Shown: positions 35,145 to 44,963, counted from the first letter of the stretch. The stretch: DNA of 64,000 nucleotides from Thermoplasmata archaeon (GCA_041489255.1 JBGPQV010000010.1:29125-93124), one strand, 5' to 3'. Numbers and translations: made by a program. Notes: generated by a model from the letters alone, not told the origin.

Positions 35145-37665
35145 GGCGGCGTTTCCTCCACGGGCGGGCAACTATGACGGTGATCAGGATGGGCACCATG
35201 ATGGCGGGGAACTCAGGGATGTCCAGGTGACCCCATGTATCAGGCTTGTTTATGTCCACATTCGTGGAACCCCAGTAATCGCTGAACGCGTTCGTCGCGT
35301 TGAACATATGAATCGCGAAACCAGCTTCAGTATGACCCGATGCCCAGACATTGTCCTTATGGAGATTGAACTCGTAGTTCTCGAAACCGTTGTAGAAGGA
35401 ACCCTGAGCTAGGTCGGGCGGCGATGCACACACCGCATCGCAAGTAATCCACGTAGTGCCATCTCCGCGTTGTCCCTTGAGGCTGCTGGAGCCGCTCATT
35501 ACTCTGGTGTGCCGGTCATCAATTTGCGGAGCACTAGTGCCATTGTGCGTTGTGTCGAGCACAACGTCCGCGTAATCGAGATTGCCGTCGTTGGTCGTGT
35601 CGCGGAAGACGACGCAAATCCAAACCCTGCTGGAACTGTGCCCTATATAGAACTTGTAGTTCGTTATGTCCACTACCGTCGCACCGGCGTATTCTCCGGT
35701 GGGGTTATCGCATTGGCCGTTCAGAGTCGGGTCAGCGGCAAGCGGACCAGAGACCACAGTTTCGGCATTCTGTCCGTGAAGGACTTTTGGCGAGTCGTCG
35801 CCCCTCGTCCCTCCGCGCCCGCCAGACCGCGTCTCCAGGTCGATTGGCGGCGGAAGGTCGCCGATCCCGCTCCAGTCCGTCGATTCCACGAGCATCTTCG
35901 GATTGTCGAGCGTGCCCAAGACTGACAGGTCGACGGAGATCTCCATCTTCGAACCGGAAGTCATGGCGAGAAGCACCGCGCCCGGGACTTGAATCCAAAC
36001 GGCCCCGGAGCAACTGTAGAGCGTTTTCGAATCCACCTTCCGCTGGTGTCCAGTTATCTCCAGCTTGAAATCCGCAGTCAAGGTGCCGGCTTGGCAGCCT
36101 CTGGTATCAGTTGAGTTCGTATCGATGAAGATGGTCAGCCTGTCTTCACCGGACACCCTCTTCACCGGAGCTGGGGCGGCTGGCGGGGACGGCTGGCCTG
36201 CCTGGGCCCACATGACCTTCGCCGGCATCGCATCGCCGGCCATCGCCTTCCCGAGGAATTCCACATAGAACACGGACTTGTCGTAGCCTGTGCCGTGCGA
36301 CGTGTTCGAGGAGTAAGCCGCAATGTCGACGTTGGGGTTCGAGAGGGCGGGTGATGTATCTGTCTGGAACGGCGGGAGCCAATCCCCGAACCAACCGTCA
36401 ACGATCTTGTTCTGCGGTGCCTGGTTCACGTATCCGACGCCGCCATCCCCGTTGATCGTCAGGGGGACGTCAACGTCAAGGCCGGTCAGGTTCAGCCACA
36501 ATGGAGTCTTGGATGTGAAAACCGTGAGATCGACGCCCACAAGGACGTCCAGTTGTTCGCCGGCCTCCAACTCAACGCGGTTCGGAAGCTGCAGCTCGTC
36601 CCTCAGGTTCGTCGGGGAGCACTGCCAGGTGGCGCTTGCCGCGAAGTCTTCGATCACGACCTTCTTTCCCTGGGCGTGCATCTTCAGGCGGAGAATCTCA
36701 TTGCTGGATGGAGTCAGGGCGGTCATCAGGCTGCTTGGGACCTGCTCGACGCTGATGGCGCCGTATTCTTTTCCCATGCGCAGCGAGGCAAGGGTCGTGT
36801 GCCCTTCGAAATCGCTTCCAGCCAGGCGGACGGTGTATGTCGTCTCCAGATCTGCCGCCAGCATGTTGACTGCGAGTTCAACCGAGCTGGATGACGCTGC
36901 GGCAGAGGCGTGGGCTGCGCTCTTCCACGCCGTCCAGTTGAGCCGGTCTCCCGTCGATTCGAATTTCATGAAGTCGGAGTTTGTCACCTTCCCGCCAATG
37001 CCGAAAACCTTGATCGCATACTCCGCGCCCAGGTCTCCCGGCCAATATCCCGTGGCGGGATTCCCGTCGGAGTCGATGAATGCGTAGAAGCCATCGTATC
37101 CCTGGGTCTCCGCGAGAACCTGCCCTCTGACCTGGAAGTAAACGTACAGCGTGTTCGAGTCCTCGACCAGGGCGTACTCAGTGAAGGCGATATTGTCCAC
37201 CGCACCGCCATTGTCCTCAATGTACTTCGGCACCGCATTCCAATCGCCGAAGGCGCCGTCTATCTGCACAGCCGCCAGGCGCGGGGTTGGCGTGCTCATC
37301 AGGAGGTAGAAAGAAGGAAGGAGAAGGATGAACAGGAGCGTCAGACTGACCCCCACCTTGATATCTCGATGAGTGACAATTCCGAAGGCGTTTGTCCGCA
37401 GCGACCTTCTCGTCCCGTTGACTAGCCCGCGACCGTTCACGAGGCCGTTCCCGTTGACGAGTCCGTTCGTGAGTCCGTTGATCCTCCCGGTCCCGTTGAC
37501 CCTTCCGAGACCATTGACGAGGCCGTTGGTGCGCCCTCTCCCGTTCGTCCTACCGAGGCCGTTCGTGAGCCCGTTGGTGAGGCCATTCCCGTTGACCAGC
37601 CCTCTCCTGGTAGAAGAGCTGGCCCGGTTCGAAGCTCTCCCTGGAGAAGACTTCCCTTCGGCCAT
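35137..37665 (-). CDS. Membrane protein: N-terminal GxxNG low-complexity repeats, TM, extracellular beta domains, C-terminal PEF-CTERM-like anchor
   Basis: About 12 G(L/R)(T/V/I)NG units; TM VGVSLTLLFILLLPSFYLL; IDG.FGDW repeats; ends IPEFPAIMVPILITVIVARPWRKRRRA. Confidence 0.85.
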   Translation of the reverse strand: MAEGKSSPGRASNRASSSTRRGLVNGNGLTNGLTNGLGRTNGRGRTNGLVNGLGRVNGTGRINGLTNGLVNGNGLVNGRGLVNGTRRSLRTNAFGIVTHRDIKVGVSLTLLFILLLPSFYLLMSTPTPRLAAVQIDGAFGDWNAVPKYIEDNGGAVDNIAFTEYALVEDSNTLYVYFQVRGQVLAETQGYDGFYAFIDSDGNPATGYWPGDLGAEYAIKVFGIGGKVTNSDFMKFESTGDRLNWTAWKSAAHASAAASSSSVELAVNMLAADLETTYTVRLAGSDFEGHTTLASLRMGKEYGAISVEQVPSSLMTALTPSSNEILRLKMHAQGKKVVIEDFAASATWQCSPTNLRDELQLPNRVELEAGEQLDVLVGVDLTVFTSKTPLWLNLTGLDVDVPLTINGDGGVGYVNQAPQNKIVDGWFGDWLPPFQTDTSPALSNPNVDIAAYSSNTSHGTGYDKSVFYVEFLGKAMAGDAMPAKVMWAQAGQPSPPAAPAPVKRVSGEDRLTIFIDTNSTDTRGCQAGTLTADFKLEITGHQRKVDSKTLYSCSGAVWIQVPGAVLLAMTSGSKMEISVDLSVLGTLDNPKMLVESTDWSGIGDLPPPIDLETRSGGRGGTRGDDSPKVLHGQNAETVVSGPLAADPTLNGQCDNPTGEYAGATVVDITNYKFYIGHSSSRVWICVVFRDTTNDGNLDYADVVLDTTHNGTSAPQIDDRHTRVMSGSSSLKGQRGDGTTWITCDAVCASPPDLAQGSFYNGFENYEFNLHKDNVWASGHTEAGFAIHMFNATNAFSDYWGSTNVDINKPDTWGHLDIPEFPAIMVPILITVIVARPWRKRRRA
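37414..37602 (-). repeat. Coding tandem repeat encoding G-(L/R)-(T/V/I)-N-G units
   Basis: Recurring CCGTT motifs on + strand; peptide GLVNGNGLTNGLTNGLGRTNGRGRTNGLVNG... Confidence 0.9.
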
Positions 37666-37949
37666 CAGGCGCCTCCCTCGCTTTCCTGGGCATCTTTGGC
37701 GTCTATCGCACCGCCACGCAACGACAGTGCCAGGAAAATGCCGCCGACGAACGCCATGAACAGGCCCGCGATCAGGGTGATCTGGTTGATCCATCCCCAC
37801 GCGTCATAGGCTTCTCCGACCAGGGGAAATCGCATGATCTCATGCAGCCAGGAGCTGAGGATCATCCCCGGGAGCCCCAGCAGTAAGAGGACCAGACCGG
37901 CGTAGAAGAGGATGCGGTCTCGTCGGAGTCTGGAACTGTCGATTTCCAT
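37665..37949 (-). CDS. Small 2-TM membrane protein, co-transcribed with the GxxNG protein
   Basis: Two hydrophobic helices; stop overlaps the next ATG; TATATATAT promoter at ~38002-38010. Confidence 0.75.
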   Translation of the reverse strand: MEIDSSRLRRDRILFYAGLVLLLLGLPGMILSSWLHEIMRFPLVGEAYDAWGWINQITLIAGLFMAFVGGIFLALSLRGGAIDAKDAQESEGGA

Positions 37950-38023
37950 GGTTCATCCCTCGATGAACTGCGGCCTGACCACCCCCATGCACTAGATTCT
38001 CTATATATATCCGTTGTGCAGTG

Positions 38024-38074
38024 GTTATCCGATTGCGACAGTTATCTGATTGCCACATTTATTCGATTGCCAGC
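38024..38074. repeat. Three tandem imperfect 17-bp direct repeats upstream of a TATA box
   Basis: GTTATCCGATTGCGACA / GTTATCTGATTGCCACA / TTTATTCGATTGCCAGC. Confidence 0.75.
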
Positions 38075-38094
38075 TAAGCGTCAGACACGTCGGG

Positions 38095-38116
38095 ACGTGC
38101 GCGCGCGCGCGCGCGT
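38095..38116. repeat. (GC)8 alternating purine-pyrimidine tract
   Basis: ACGTGCGCGCGCGCGCGCGCGT immediately after the TPR gene stop. Confidence 0.85.
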
Positions 38117-40386
38117 CAAACCGATTCAGGGGGCATCGCGGACGGAGCGGACTTCTCTGTCCGACTGGATCCATCTTGGACGCCGGCCTTCACGTAACAT
38201 TCCCTCGCCTCGCGTTCTCTGCCGAGGGCTTCCAGCACTCTCCCCCTGTAGAGCCAAGCCCTCGAGAAGTCCGGCCTGAGCGTGACGGCGGTGTCGAGGT
38301 CCTTCAGCGCCTTCTCCGGCCTGCCGGCCTCCAGGAGGATCACGCCCCTCTCGCACCAGTTCTCCTCCTTTTTTGGGCTCTGACCGAGGGCGACATCGAG
38401 GCAGCCCAGCGCCTCCTTGAGCCTTCCGTTCCGCGCGAGCAGCTGAGCTCTCCTCAGGTAAGCGGTGTCAGAGACGTACTTGTCTTTCCCCGCTTCCAGG
38501 TAGGCTTCGAGCGCATCCTCGACGCGCCCGGCCGCTTCCAGCACGATCCCCCGCCAGAAGGCAGAGAGCCTCCCACTCTTGCTCGCGCGTTCCAGCGCGT
38601 TCATGGCCCCGGGGAGGTCCTTGAGCGCGATCAAAGCCTGGGCCAATCCCTGCCCCGCCGCGACGCCGGCGCCGAGCTTCTCGGCCACCTCGAAACTGTG
38701 GCGCGAGTCTTCGAACCTTCCGCTCTCCAGGAGAGCCTTCCCTCTCGCGAGCCATGCCTCGGCCGACTTCGGGTCAGCCTTCGTGGCGGAGTCGGCCATC
38801 GCGACGGCCTCATCGACACTTCCATGGTCGAGGAGAATCTCAGAGAGCCTCTCGGAGATGCGCGTGTTCGATTCCAGGTTCGACGCCGACTTGAGCATGT
38901 CGATGGCTTCGTCGCTCCTTCCAAGACTGACCATCAGAGTCGCCTTCGCAAGGAGTATGTCGGTGTTCCCCGGTTCGAGCTCGAGCGCCTGGTCGTATGT
39001 CCCCATGGCCTCGTTGTAGCAGAAATGAGCCTCCGCCTCGTGGCCCATCTTCAGCATCACGTCGGCCCTCAGTATCCATGCCTCGTCGTACGCGGGATTG
39101 AGGATGAGCGCATTGTTCAGCGCGTCCCTTGCCTCCTCCAGGCGATAGAGGTGGATCAGCACCTCGGCCTTGGCGAACCACGCCCTGTCGTAGTTGGGGT
39201 TGAGGATGAGCGACTGCGTAATGAACTCGAGTCCCTCCTCGTGCTTGCCGAGCTCGCTCAGCGAGTGACCTTTTGCGTAGAGGGCGTAGTCGAAGTCCGG
39301 CCTTATCTCGAGGGACTTGTCATGGTAGGGGAGCGACTCCGCGAACTGGCTCATCTTGTTCAGGGCGTTCCCGATGTTGTTCCACGCGATCTCGTATTTC
39401 GGGTTGACCTTTATCGCCTCGAGGAAGCAGGGGATGCTATCCTCGTACCTCCCCAGGTTGTAGAGGGCGTTGCCCAGGTTGTTCCAGAGGACCTCGTCCT
39501 TCTTGTCCATCTCGAGCGCACTGCGGTAGCAGATGATCGCCTCCTCCAGCCTGTCCATCCCGTGGAACGTGTAGCCCTTGTTGTACCATGCATGCTTGTA
39601 GTGCGGGTTGACCTTGAGAGCCCGGTCGTAGCAGCGGATCGCCTCGTCGTGGATTCCGAGCATGAAGTAGGTGAAGCCCTTGTTGTTCCATGCCTCCTCG
39701 TTCCTCGGGTTGATCTTGAGGACGCGGTCATAGGCGTCTATCGCCTTCTCGTACCTCTCCATCGCGTAGTAGGAATTCCCGAGGCTGTTCCATGCCTCCT
39801 CGAAGGTCGGCCTGATAGCGAGGGCCTGGCGGTAGGCCTCTATCGCATCGTCGTACTTCCCGACATCCTCCAGCAGCAGTCCTTTCCTGTAGAGGAATGT
39901 CTCCTTGTCTTTCTCGACTTCGGCCAGCCTGTCGTAGCACTCTACGGCCTTCTTGACCTTGCCAAGCTGGACAAGGGCGAGCGCCTTGTCGAAGAGGGCG
40001 GTGTGGTAGTCGGGGTTGATTTCCAGCGCCTTGTCGTAGGATTCGACGGCATCCCTCATCCTGCCCATGTACGAGTGCGCGTTGCCCATGTTGTACCAGG
40101 CGACCTCGTATCGCGGCTTGATCTGGGTCGCGTGGAGGTAGCTGGCGACTGCATCGTCGTGCCTCCCGAGCGCGTCGAGGGCGACGCCCTTGTTATTGAA
40201 GATGACCTCGTCGCGCAGTCCTTCCCTGATCGCGTTGTCGTAGTGCTTGAGCGCCTCGGAATAGCGCCTCTCGTCGCAGGCGGTGTTGCCCTTGAGGAAC
40301 TCCTCCTCCGCACGAGCCGCATCTCCGGCGGCGGTTGTGCCGGGTGTGTGGCGGGAGTTCACGGCGGGCTGTTTAGCCTCTGCCAT
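38116..40386 (-). CDS. Tetratricopeptide repeat protein (~20 TPRs)
   Basis: Repeated AW.NKG.....LG....A...Y..AL..NP 34-aa units. Confidence 0.95.
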   Translation of the reverse strand: MAEAKQPAVNSRHTPGTTAAGDAARAEEEFLKGNTACDERRYSEALKHYDNAIREGLRDEVIFNNKGVALDALGRHDDAVASYLHATQIKPRYEVAWYNMGNAHSYMGRMRDAVESYDKALEINPDYHTALFDKALALVQLGKVKKAVECYDRLAEVEKDKETFLYRKGLLLEDVGKYDDAIEAYRQALAIRPTFEEAWNSLGNSYYAMERYEKAIDAYDRVLKINPRNEEAWNNKGFTYFMLGIHDEAIRCYDRALKVNPHYKHAWYNKGYTFHGMDRLEEAIICYRSALEMDKKDEVLWNNLGNALYNLGRYEDSIPCFLEAIKVNPKYEIAWNNIGNALNKMSQFAESLPYHDKSLEIRPDFDYALYAKGHSLSELGKHEEGLEFITQSLILNPNYDRAWFAKAEVLIHLYRLEEARDALNNALILNPAYDEAWILRADVMLKMGHEAEAHFCYNEAMGTYDQALELEPGNTDILLAKATLMVSLGRSDEAIDMLKSASNLESNTRISERLSEILLDHGSVDEAVAMADSATKADPKSAEAWLARGKALLESGRFEDSRHSFEVAEKLGAGVAAGQGLAQALIALKDLPGAMNALERASKSGRLSAFWRGIVLEAAGRVEDALEAYLEAGKDKYVSDTAYLRRAQLLARNGRLKEALGCLDVALGQSPKKEENWCERGVILLEAGRPEKALKDLDTAVTLRPDFSRAWLYRGRVLEALGREREARECYVKAGVQDGSSRTEKSAPSAMPPESV

Positions 40387-40488
40387 CCGCCATCAAATCT
40401 CGGCGGGGTGAGATATAGGTTCGCTTCCAATCCTTGCGTTCGGCAAACGATTGTGACCGCCAATGTGGGCCGGTTCTCCGGTGGCGGC

Positions 40489-40653
40489 TCAGTGCGGTGA
40501 ATCCTTCCTCGCCAGCAACCAGCCAGCGTCATTCTCCCTGAACTCAGAGCGGACATACCTCATGACTTCATCGGAGACGCGCTCTCGGGAAGGTTCCACG
40601 TGCCATCCATTCGTTGTTGGTGCGAACATCTCGCTCACTTCTGAATCATGCAT
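40489..40653 (-). CDS. Possible small hypothetical protein (54 aa)
   Basis: Fills an intergenic gap; amphipathic EVMRYVRSEF...WLL segment; no strong RBS. Confidence 0.35.
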   Translation of the reverse strand: MHDSEVSEMFAPTTNGWHVEPSRERVSDEVMRYVRSEFRENDAGWLLARKDSPH

Positions 40654-40754
40654 AGGTTGGTCACGGCTATCGAGTGAATCGGCAAGACGTGAGCAGTGAG
40701 TGGCCATTTTCAAAAACCGGAGGCGAATCACTAACCCTAAATAACAGCCCCAGA

Positions 40755-41483
40755 ATGGCTGCGAACATGGCGGTGGTCCGCGTCGAGGGTGTCACGAAAC
40801 GCTACCGCAACGTGACCGCTCTCGATGGCGTCTCTCTCGAGATCGAGGCGGGCGATTTCTACGGTTTCTTCGGTCCGAACGGGGCCGGCAAGACCACTCT
40901 CCTCAAGATCCTCACCGGGCAGCTGAGGCCGACCTCCGGCATGGTCGACGTGCTCGGCATTGACGTGGCGCGAGAGCCGCTGAAGGTGAAGGCGGTGGTT
41001 GGCATCGTGCCCGAGGTCGAGTCCCCGCCGTCCTATCTCACCGCCTTCGAGTACCTCTACTTCGTGTCGCGAGTGAGGAAGCTCGACGACGCCAACGGCA
41101 GGGTCAAACGCTGGATCGATTTCTTCGACCTTGGGGACTCGAGGGGCACGCTCTGCAAAGACCTCTCCAAAGGCAACCGCCAGAAGCTGATGATCGCCAG
41201 CGCGTTGATCCACGAGCCCAGGCTGCTCTTCCTCGACGAGCCGTTCATCAACCTCGACCCGGTCTTCCAGAGGAAGCTCAAGGACCACCTGAGCGAGTAC
41301 TCCCGCGGCGGGGGGACGGTCTTCATGTGCTCGCATCTCCTGCAGATCGCGGAGAAGCTCTGCGACAAGGTCGCGGTCATCAACAAGGGGCGGCTGATAG
41401 CGACGGGGAGCCTCGCCCAGGTGAGGGGGAGCAGCCCCGACCTCGAGCAGGCGTTCCTGCACCTGGTGGAGGGAGACGGCTGA
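40755..41483 (+). CDS. ABC transporter ATP-binding protein
   Basis: GPNGAGKTT, LSKGNRQK signature, LFLDEP, CSH switch. Confidence 0.95.
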   Translation: MAANMAVVRVEGVTKRYRNVTALDGVSLEIEAGDFYGFFGPNGAGKTTLLKILTGQLRPTSGMVDVLGIDVAREPLKVKAVVGIVPEVESPPSYLTAFEYLYFVSRVRKLDDANGRVKRWIDFFDLGDSRGTLCKDLSKGNRQKLMIASALIHEPRLLFLDEPFINLDPVFQRKLKDHLSEYSRGGGTVFMCSHLLQIAEKLCDKVAVINKGRLIATGSLAQVRGSSPDLEQAFLHLVEGDG

Positions 41484-42946
41484 AGGACCTCCTGTGGCTG
41501 ATGCTCAAGGAAGAGTTCCGGATGCACACGTCCTACTCCAGCAGGTGGATGTTCCTGACGTTCCCGGTGCTGGTGGTCCTCTTCTCATTCGGGATCGCAG
41601 TCACTTCCAAACAGATATTCCAGAGCACCTCCCTCCGCGAGATGCTGCTCCTCATGCACATCTCCATCTTCATCTACGGTCTCAGTGTAGGGGCGTTCGG
41701 CTTCCTCGGGAACCAGTACCAGGAGAGGGCGATGGGCTACCGCAACTACCTGGTCACGCAGCCGTCGCTCCTCCCGATATCCTTCAAGAAGACGTTCTTC
41801 GGGATGTACCTGAGGGACGGCGTGTTCTACGTCCTCCTGCTGCTCATGCCGATGGCCATCGGCCTGTTCGCGTCGATCCCGCTCACCGGGTTCAGGCCCC
41901 TGAGCATCACCGCCTTGTTCGCCGCCGCAATCCTGACTTTCTTCATCGGGATGTCGCTGAGCTTCTTCGTCTCGACGATGTATATCCGCAGCAGGCCCGC
42001 CTTCGGAATCGCCTGCATCGCGGTGGCGGCGATGTTCGCCGCGGGGACGATCGTGTCATGGCTGCCGCTTGACATGATCCTGCCGGGGCTCGGGTTCGAG
42101 TACAGCCTCCCGCCGCTCGTGCAGTCTCCCGGTTTCGCAGCGATTCCGTATGCTGTCACGTCGGTCCTGCTGATCATCCTCCTCACGGCCGGGGCGGTGC
42201 TCCTCGTGGAGGAGAGGTTCGAGGCGAAGCACGTGACGACGAAGGACGAACTCGTCAGGAACATCAAGCGCTTCTCCTTCTCCCCGCAATACGGCGTGCT
42301 GCTCGCCAAGGAGGTCGTGGACCTGAAGAGGAGCGGCCTGGCGACGAGGGTCGTGTTCACGTACGTGATTCCTCTTCTTTTCCTCGCGTTCACCGCTTGG
42401 TTCGTGAGGTACGGGCTCGCGATACCGGTCGGCTTCAACACGGTCTTCTACGGGGCCATGGTCGGATTCTTCGGGGTGACATTCTACGGCTGGCTCAACA
42501 ACATCGACCACACGGACTACCTTGCGACGCTGCCCCTGTCGGTCCCCGTGGTCATCAAGACGAAGCTGCTCGCGTTCGCCATACTCACCACGTGGATAAG
42601 CGCGATATTCCTCATCGCGATCGCGCTGGTGAACAACGACGTCAGGCTGCTTTGGCTTGCGCTGCCCGTGATGATAGTCGTGTCGATCTACATGGTTGTC
42701 ATGACTGCCTACCTCACGGGTCTCAGGACGAACAGCTTCTTCTTCGACCCAGGCGTGCTCGTCAAGTTCACGGTCCTCTCGATGTTCCCTGACCTCGGCC
42801 TTACGATATTGTCGTTCACCATAGACCGGGATGTGGTGTTCGCGATGGCGGGCATCGGCCTCGTCCTCGGAGCGTTAGGTATATCCGCCCTCTTATTCTA
42901 TCGCGGACTGGACAAGAAGTGGGGCAGGACTGAGTTCGGAGATTAG
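41480..42946 (+). CDS. ABC-2-type exporter permease (~12 TM)
   Basis: Duplicated KE.R + six-TM halves; probable CTG start overlapping the upstream TGA (CTGA). Confidence 0.85.
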   Translation: MKDLLWLMLKEEFRMHTSYSSRWMFLTFPVLVVLFSFGIAVTSKQIFQSTSLREMLLLMHISIFIYGLSVGAFGFLGNQYQERAMGYRNYLVTQPSLLPISFKKTFFGMYLRDGVFYVLLLLMPMAIGLFASIPLTGFRPLSITALFAAAILTFFIGMSLSFFVSTMYIRSRPAFGIACIAVAAMFAAGTIVSWLPLDMILPGLGFEYSLPPLVQSPGFAAIPYAVTSVLLIILLTAGAVLLVEERFEAKHVTTKDELVRNIKRFSFSPQYGVLLAKEVVDLKRSGLATRVVFTYVIPLLFLAFTAWFVRYGLAIPVGFNTVFYGAMVGFFGVTFYGWLNNIDHTDYLATLPLSVPVVIKTKLLAFAILTTWISAIFLIAIALVNNDVRLLWLALPVMIVVSIYMVVMTAYLTGLRTNSFFFDPGVLVKFTVLSMFPDLGLTILSFTIDRDVVFAMAGIGLVLGALGISALLFYRGLDKKWGRTEFGD

Positions 42947-42949
42947 AAA

Positions 42950-43519
42950 ATGGTCGATGCGGAGAATATCCGCAAGGCGATTCACCTGATGTATCCCATC
43001 GCTCTCGTCTACTACTGGCTCCCGCCGGACGCGTACATCGGCGTCGGGAAGGAGTACCTGGTCGCGGCGGTGCTCGTAGTGATTTTCGTGATTGAGGCGA
43101 TCAGGCTCGTCACGAAGTTCAAGATGCCCCTCATCAGGGAATACGAGCGTTCGAGGATTGGCGCTTATGCGCTGGGGAGCCTCGGGATCGGGATAGCGCT
43201 GGTGTTCTTCCCCCCGCCCGTCGCGGCGGTGGCCGTGTGCGGCATGGCGTGGATCGATCCTCTGTGCCACTCGACCAAGGAGGGCGGCGGTTATCCCGTG
43301 GTCCCGATCATCGCATACTTCGATTTGGCGGCGTTCTTCTTCCTCTCCGCGAACTACCAGCCCTTCAACGCTATTTTCTATGGGGCGGTCGGTGCGGTTG
43401 TTGCGATAGCCTCGGAGGCGCCGAAAATCAAGATGATCGATGACGATTTCATCATGACCTTGGTGCCGCTGATCGTCCTGGGCGCGCTGAGCGCATCACT
43501 CGGTGGGCTGTTGCCCTAG
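42950..43519 (+). CDS. Dolichol/phytol kinase-like (cytidylyltransferase family) membrane protein
   Basis: RKAIH, REYE, W.DP, IDDDF motifs; multiple TM. Confidence 0.72.
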   Translation: MVDAENIRKAIHLMYPIALVYYWLPPDAYIGVGKEYLVAAVLVVIFVIEAIRLVTKFKMPLIREYERSRIGAYALGSLGIGIALVFFPPPVAAVAVCGMAWIDPLCHSTKEGGGYPVVPIIAYFDLAAFFFLSANYQPFNAIFYGAVGAVVAIASEAPKIKMIDDDFIMTLVPLIVLGALSASLGGLLP

Positions 43520-43801
43520 GATTTCCAGCTTTCCGAACTTGCCGGCGCTGACCTGGAGGCTGCCCTTGAACTGCCTCGCCCAGCCGTTCGTGATCTTGAC
43601 CTTGTCGTTGACGTTGACCTTGTCTATCTCGTCGTTCCAGAGCGTGAGGGTGATCTGCCCGCCCTCGTCGTCCTCGCACTTCGCGTCGCAGACGCGGCTT
43701 GCCCCCATGCGGGTGCTGACGTTCCTGACCTCTCCCTTCTCCTTGATCGTGAGTTCCAGAAGGTCGACCTTCGAGTCTGACTTGATGTCTTTCGCTTTCA
43801 T
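43496..43801 (-). CDS. ssb: Single OB-fold single-stranded DNA-binding protein
   Basis: D..G.ITLTLWNDE, KITNGW...FKGSLQVSAGKFG. Confidence 0.85.
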   Translation of the reverse strand: MKAKDIKSDSKVDLLELTIKEKGEVRNVSTRMGASRVCDAKCEDDEGGQITLTLWNDEIDKVNVNDKVKITNGWARQFKGSLQVSAGKFGKLEILGQQPTE

Positions 43802-43950
43802 TCTGATCGCGCGGGAAAAGGCGGCGGCTGTTTAAGCCTTTGGCTTTAAGGCAAATCACCGGCCGGCCATGGCGGGATGGTTGGTGTCTTCAGTCGGACG
43901 TCTTGCTTTTCACGGACCGGAGGCCAATCTCGCAACCGTCAGCCGAGCTG

Positions 43951-44427
43951 TCACGGTTTCTTTTGAGTCGTGGGCCGATGCACGGACTTCTTCTCCCTGT
44001 CATGCTCGCCGAGTCGCTCCAAGACCTCCCGAGTCCTGTAGGCCCTGATGCCCCCGAGGTCTTGCGATTCGATCACGTCCTTGTCGCCACTGACGACGCC
44101 GTCGACACCGACAGCCACCGCACAGGCGAGGAGCGGGGCATCGGTAGGGTCGCGCAGCCTCTTTGCCCACGAGGCGACGTTGCGGGCGTAGAGTCTTCTC
44201 CGGACGACCTCGCCCGCATCGAGTATCTCCTCAAGCAGATCGAGTGCCGACGGGAGATCCCGATGATTGCTGAAAACCTTGGCCACGACATCATAGACCT
44301 CCTCGAGTGTGTCCTCGGCGACGACTAGTCTGACGGAACCCCTCAGGGAAGCCAGCAGAAGGCGTCTTTCCTTTCCGTCGAAGAAGAGCCCGGAAAGTAG
44401 GGTGTCGGCGTCAACGGCCAGCCGCAT
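43951..44427 (-). CDS. PIN-domain (VapC-like) toxin
   Basis: AVDADTLLSG, LRDPTD, VSGDKD acidic PIN residues. Confidence 0.88.
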   Translation of the reverse strand: MRLAVDADTLLSGLFFDGKERRLLLASLRGSVRLVVAEDTLEEVYDVVAKVFSNHRDLPSALDLLEEILDAGEVVRRRLYARNVASWAKRLRDPTDAPLLACAVAVGVDGVVSGDKDVIESQDLGGIRAYRTREVLERLGEHDREKKSVHRPTTQKKP

Positions 44428-44680
44428 GGTGCCTCTTCCAGACGCGCCTCTTCGCCTCTTCCACGAGTGCCTCAAGCCTCGCAGGGGTGAGCCTCGCTTC
44501 CTTCCGTCTCCGATCGAAGACGGAGAACCTCTCCTCCAACTCCTCTTCCCGGAGCATGCGTATCTCCTCCCCGGACTCCAGGAAGACGATCCTGCTGCCT
44601 CTGCGGATGCCTAGCTTCTTGCGCACCGAGGCGGGGAGCGTCACCTGTCCCTTGGATGTCACCGTCGCGACCTGAGCCAT
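44411..44680 (-). CDS. AbrB/MazE/SpoVT-family antitoxin
   Basis: VTSKGQVTLPASVRKKLGIRRG; overlaps the toxin start. Confidence 0.92.
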   Translation of the reverse strand: MAQVATVTSKGQVTLPASVRKKLGIRRGSRIVFLESGEEIRMLREEELEERFSVFDRRRKEARLTPARLEALVEEAKRRVWKRHHAAGR

Positions 44681-44963
44681 GGTAGATAGTAAGGCTTTCC
44701 TTACACTTAGCTCTTGCGGACGGGCGTGGCGGCACGCCGGCCATCAGGCTATCCCCGGGGCAGCGGCCAATGGCGGGAATGAAAGATCGCGTTCCGGGAC
44801 AGTCATGGCGGGAAACCGAAGAGACGATTGGCGGTGCGGGAATCCAAGCTGTGGATATGGCCACTCGCAACCTCTGTCAGCCGCTCAGGCTCAGGACTTG
44901 ACTCAGCCTGGACCTCCACAATGTAGTGAAGTCCCCATTCGTCCCCCCGATTGCGAAGGCGAC

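Noticed and set aside
33648-35177. 509-aa + strand ORF overlapping the reductase and PUA genes
   Set aside because: Arg/Gly-rich alternative-frame translation of well-supported genes.
38024-38074. Possible mini-CRISPR array
   Set aside because: Repeats are 17 bp, directly abutting with no spacers, and there are no cas genes.
38050-40500. 816-aa ORF on the + strand
   Set aside because: Antisense shadow of the TPR gene; high-GC codon bias suppresses stops and there are no protein motifs.
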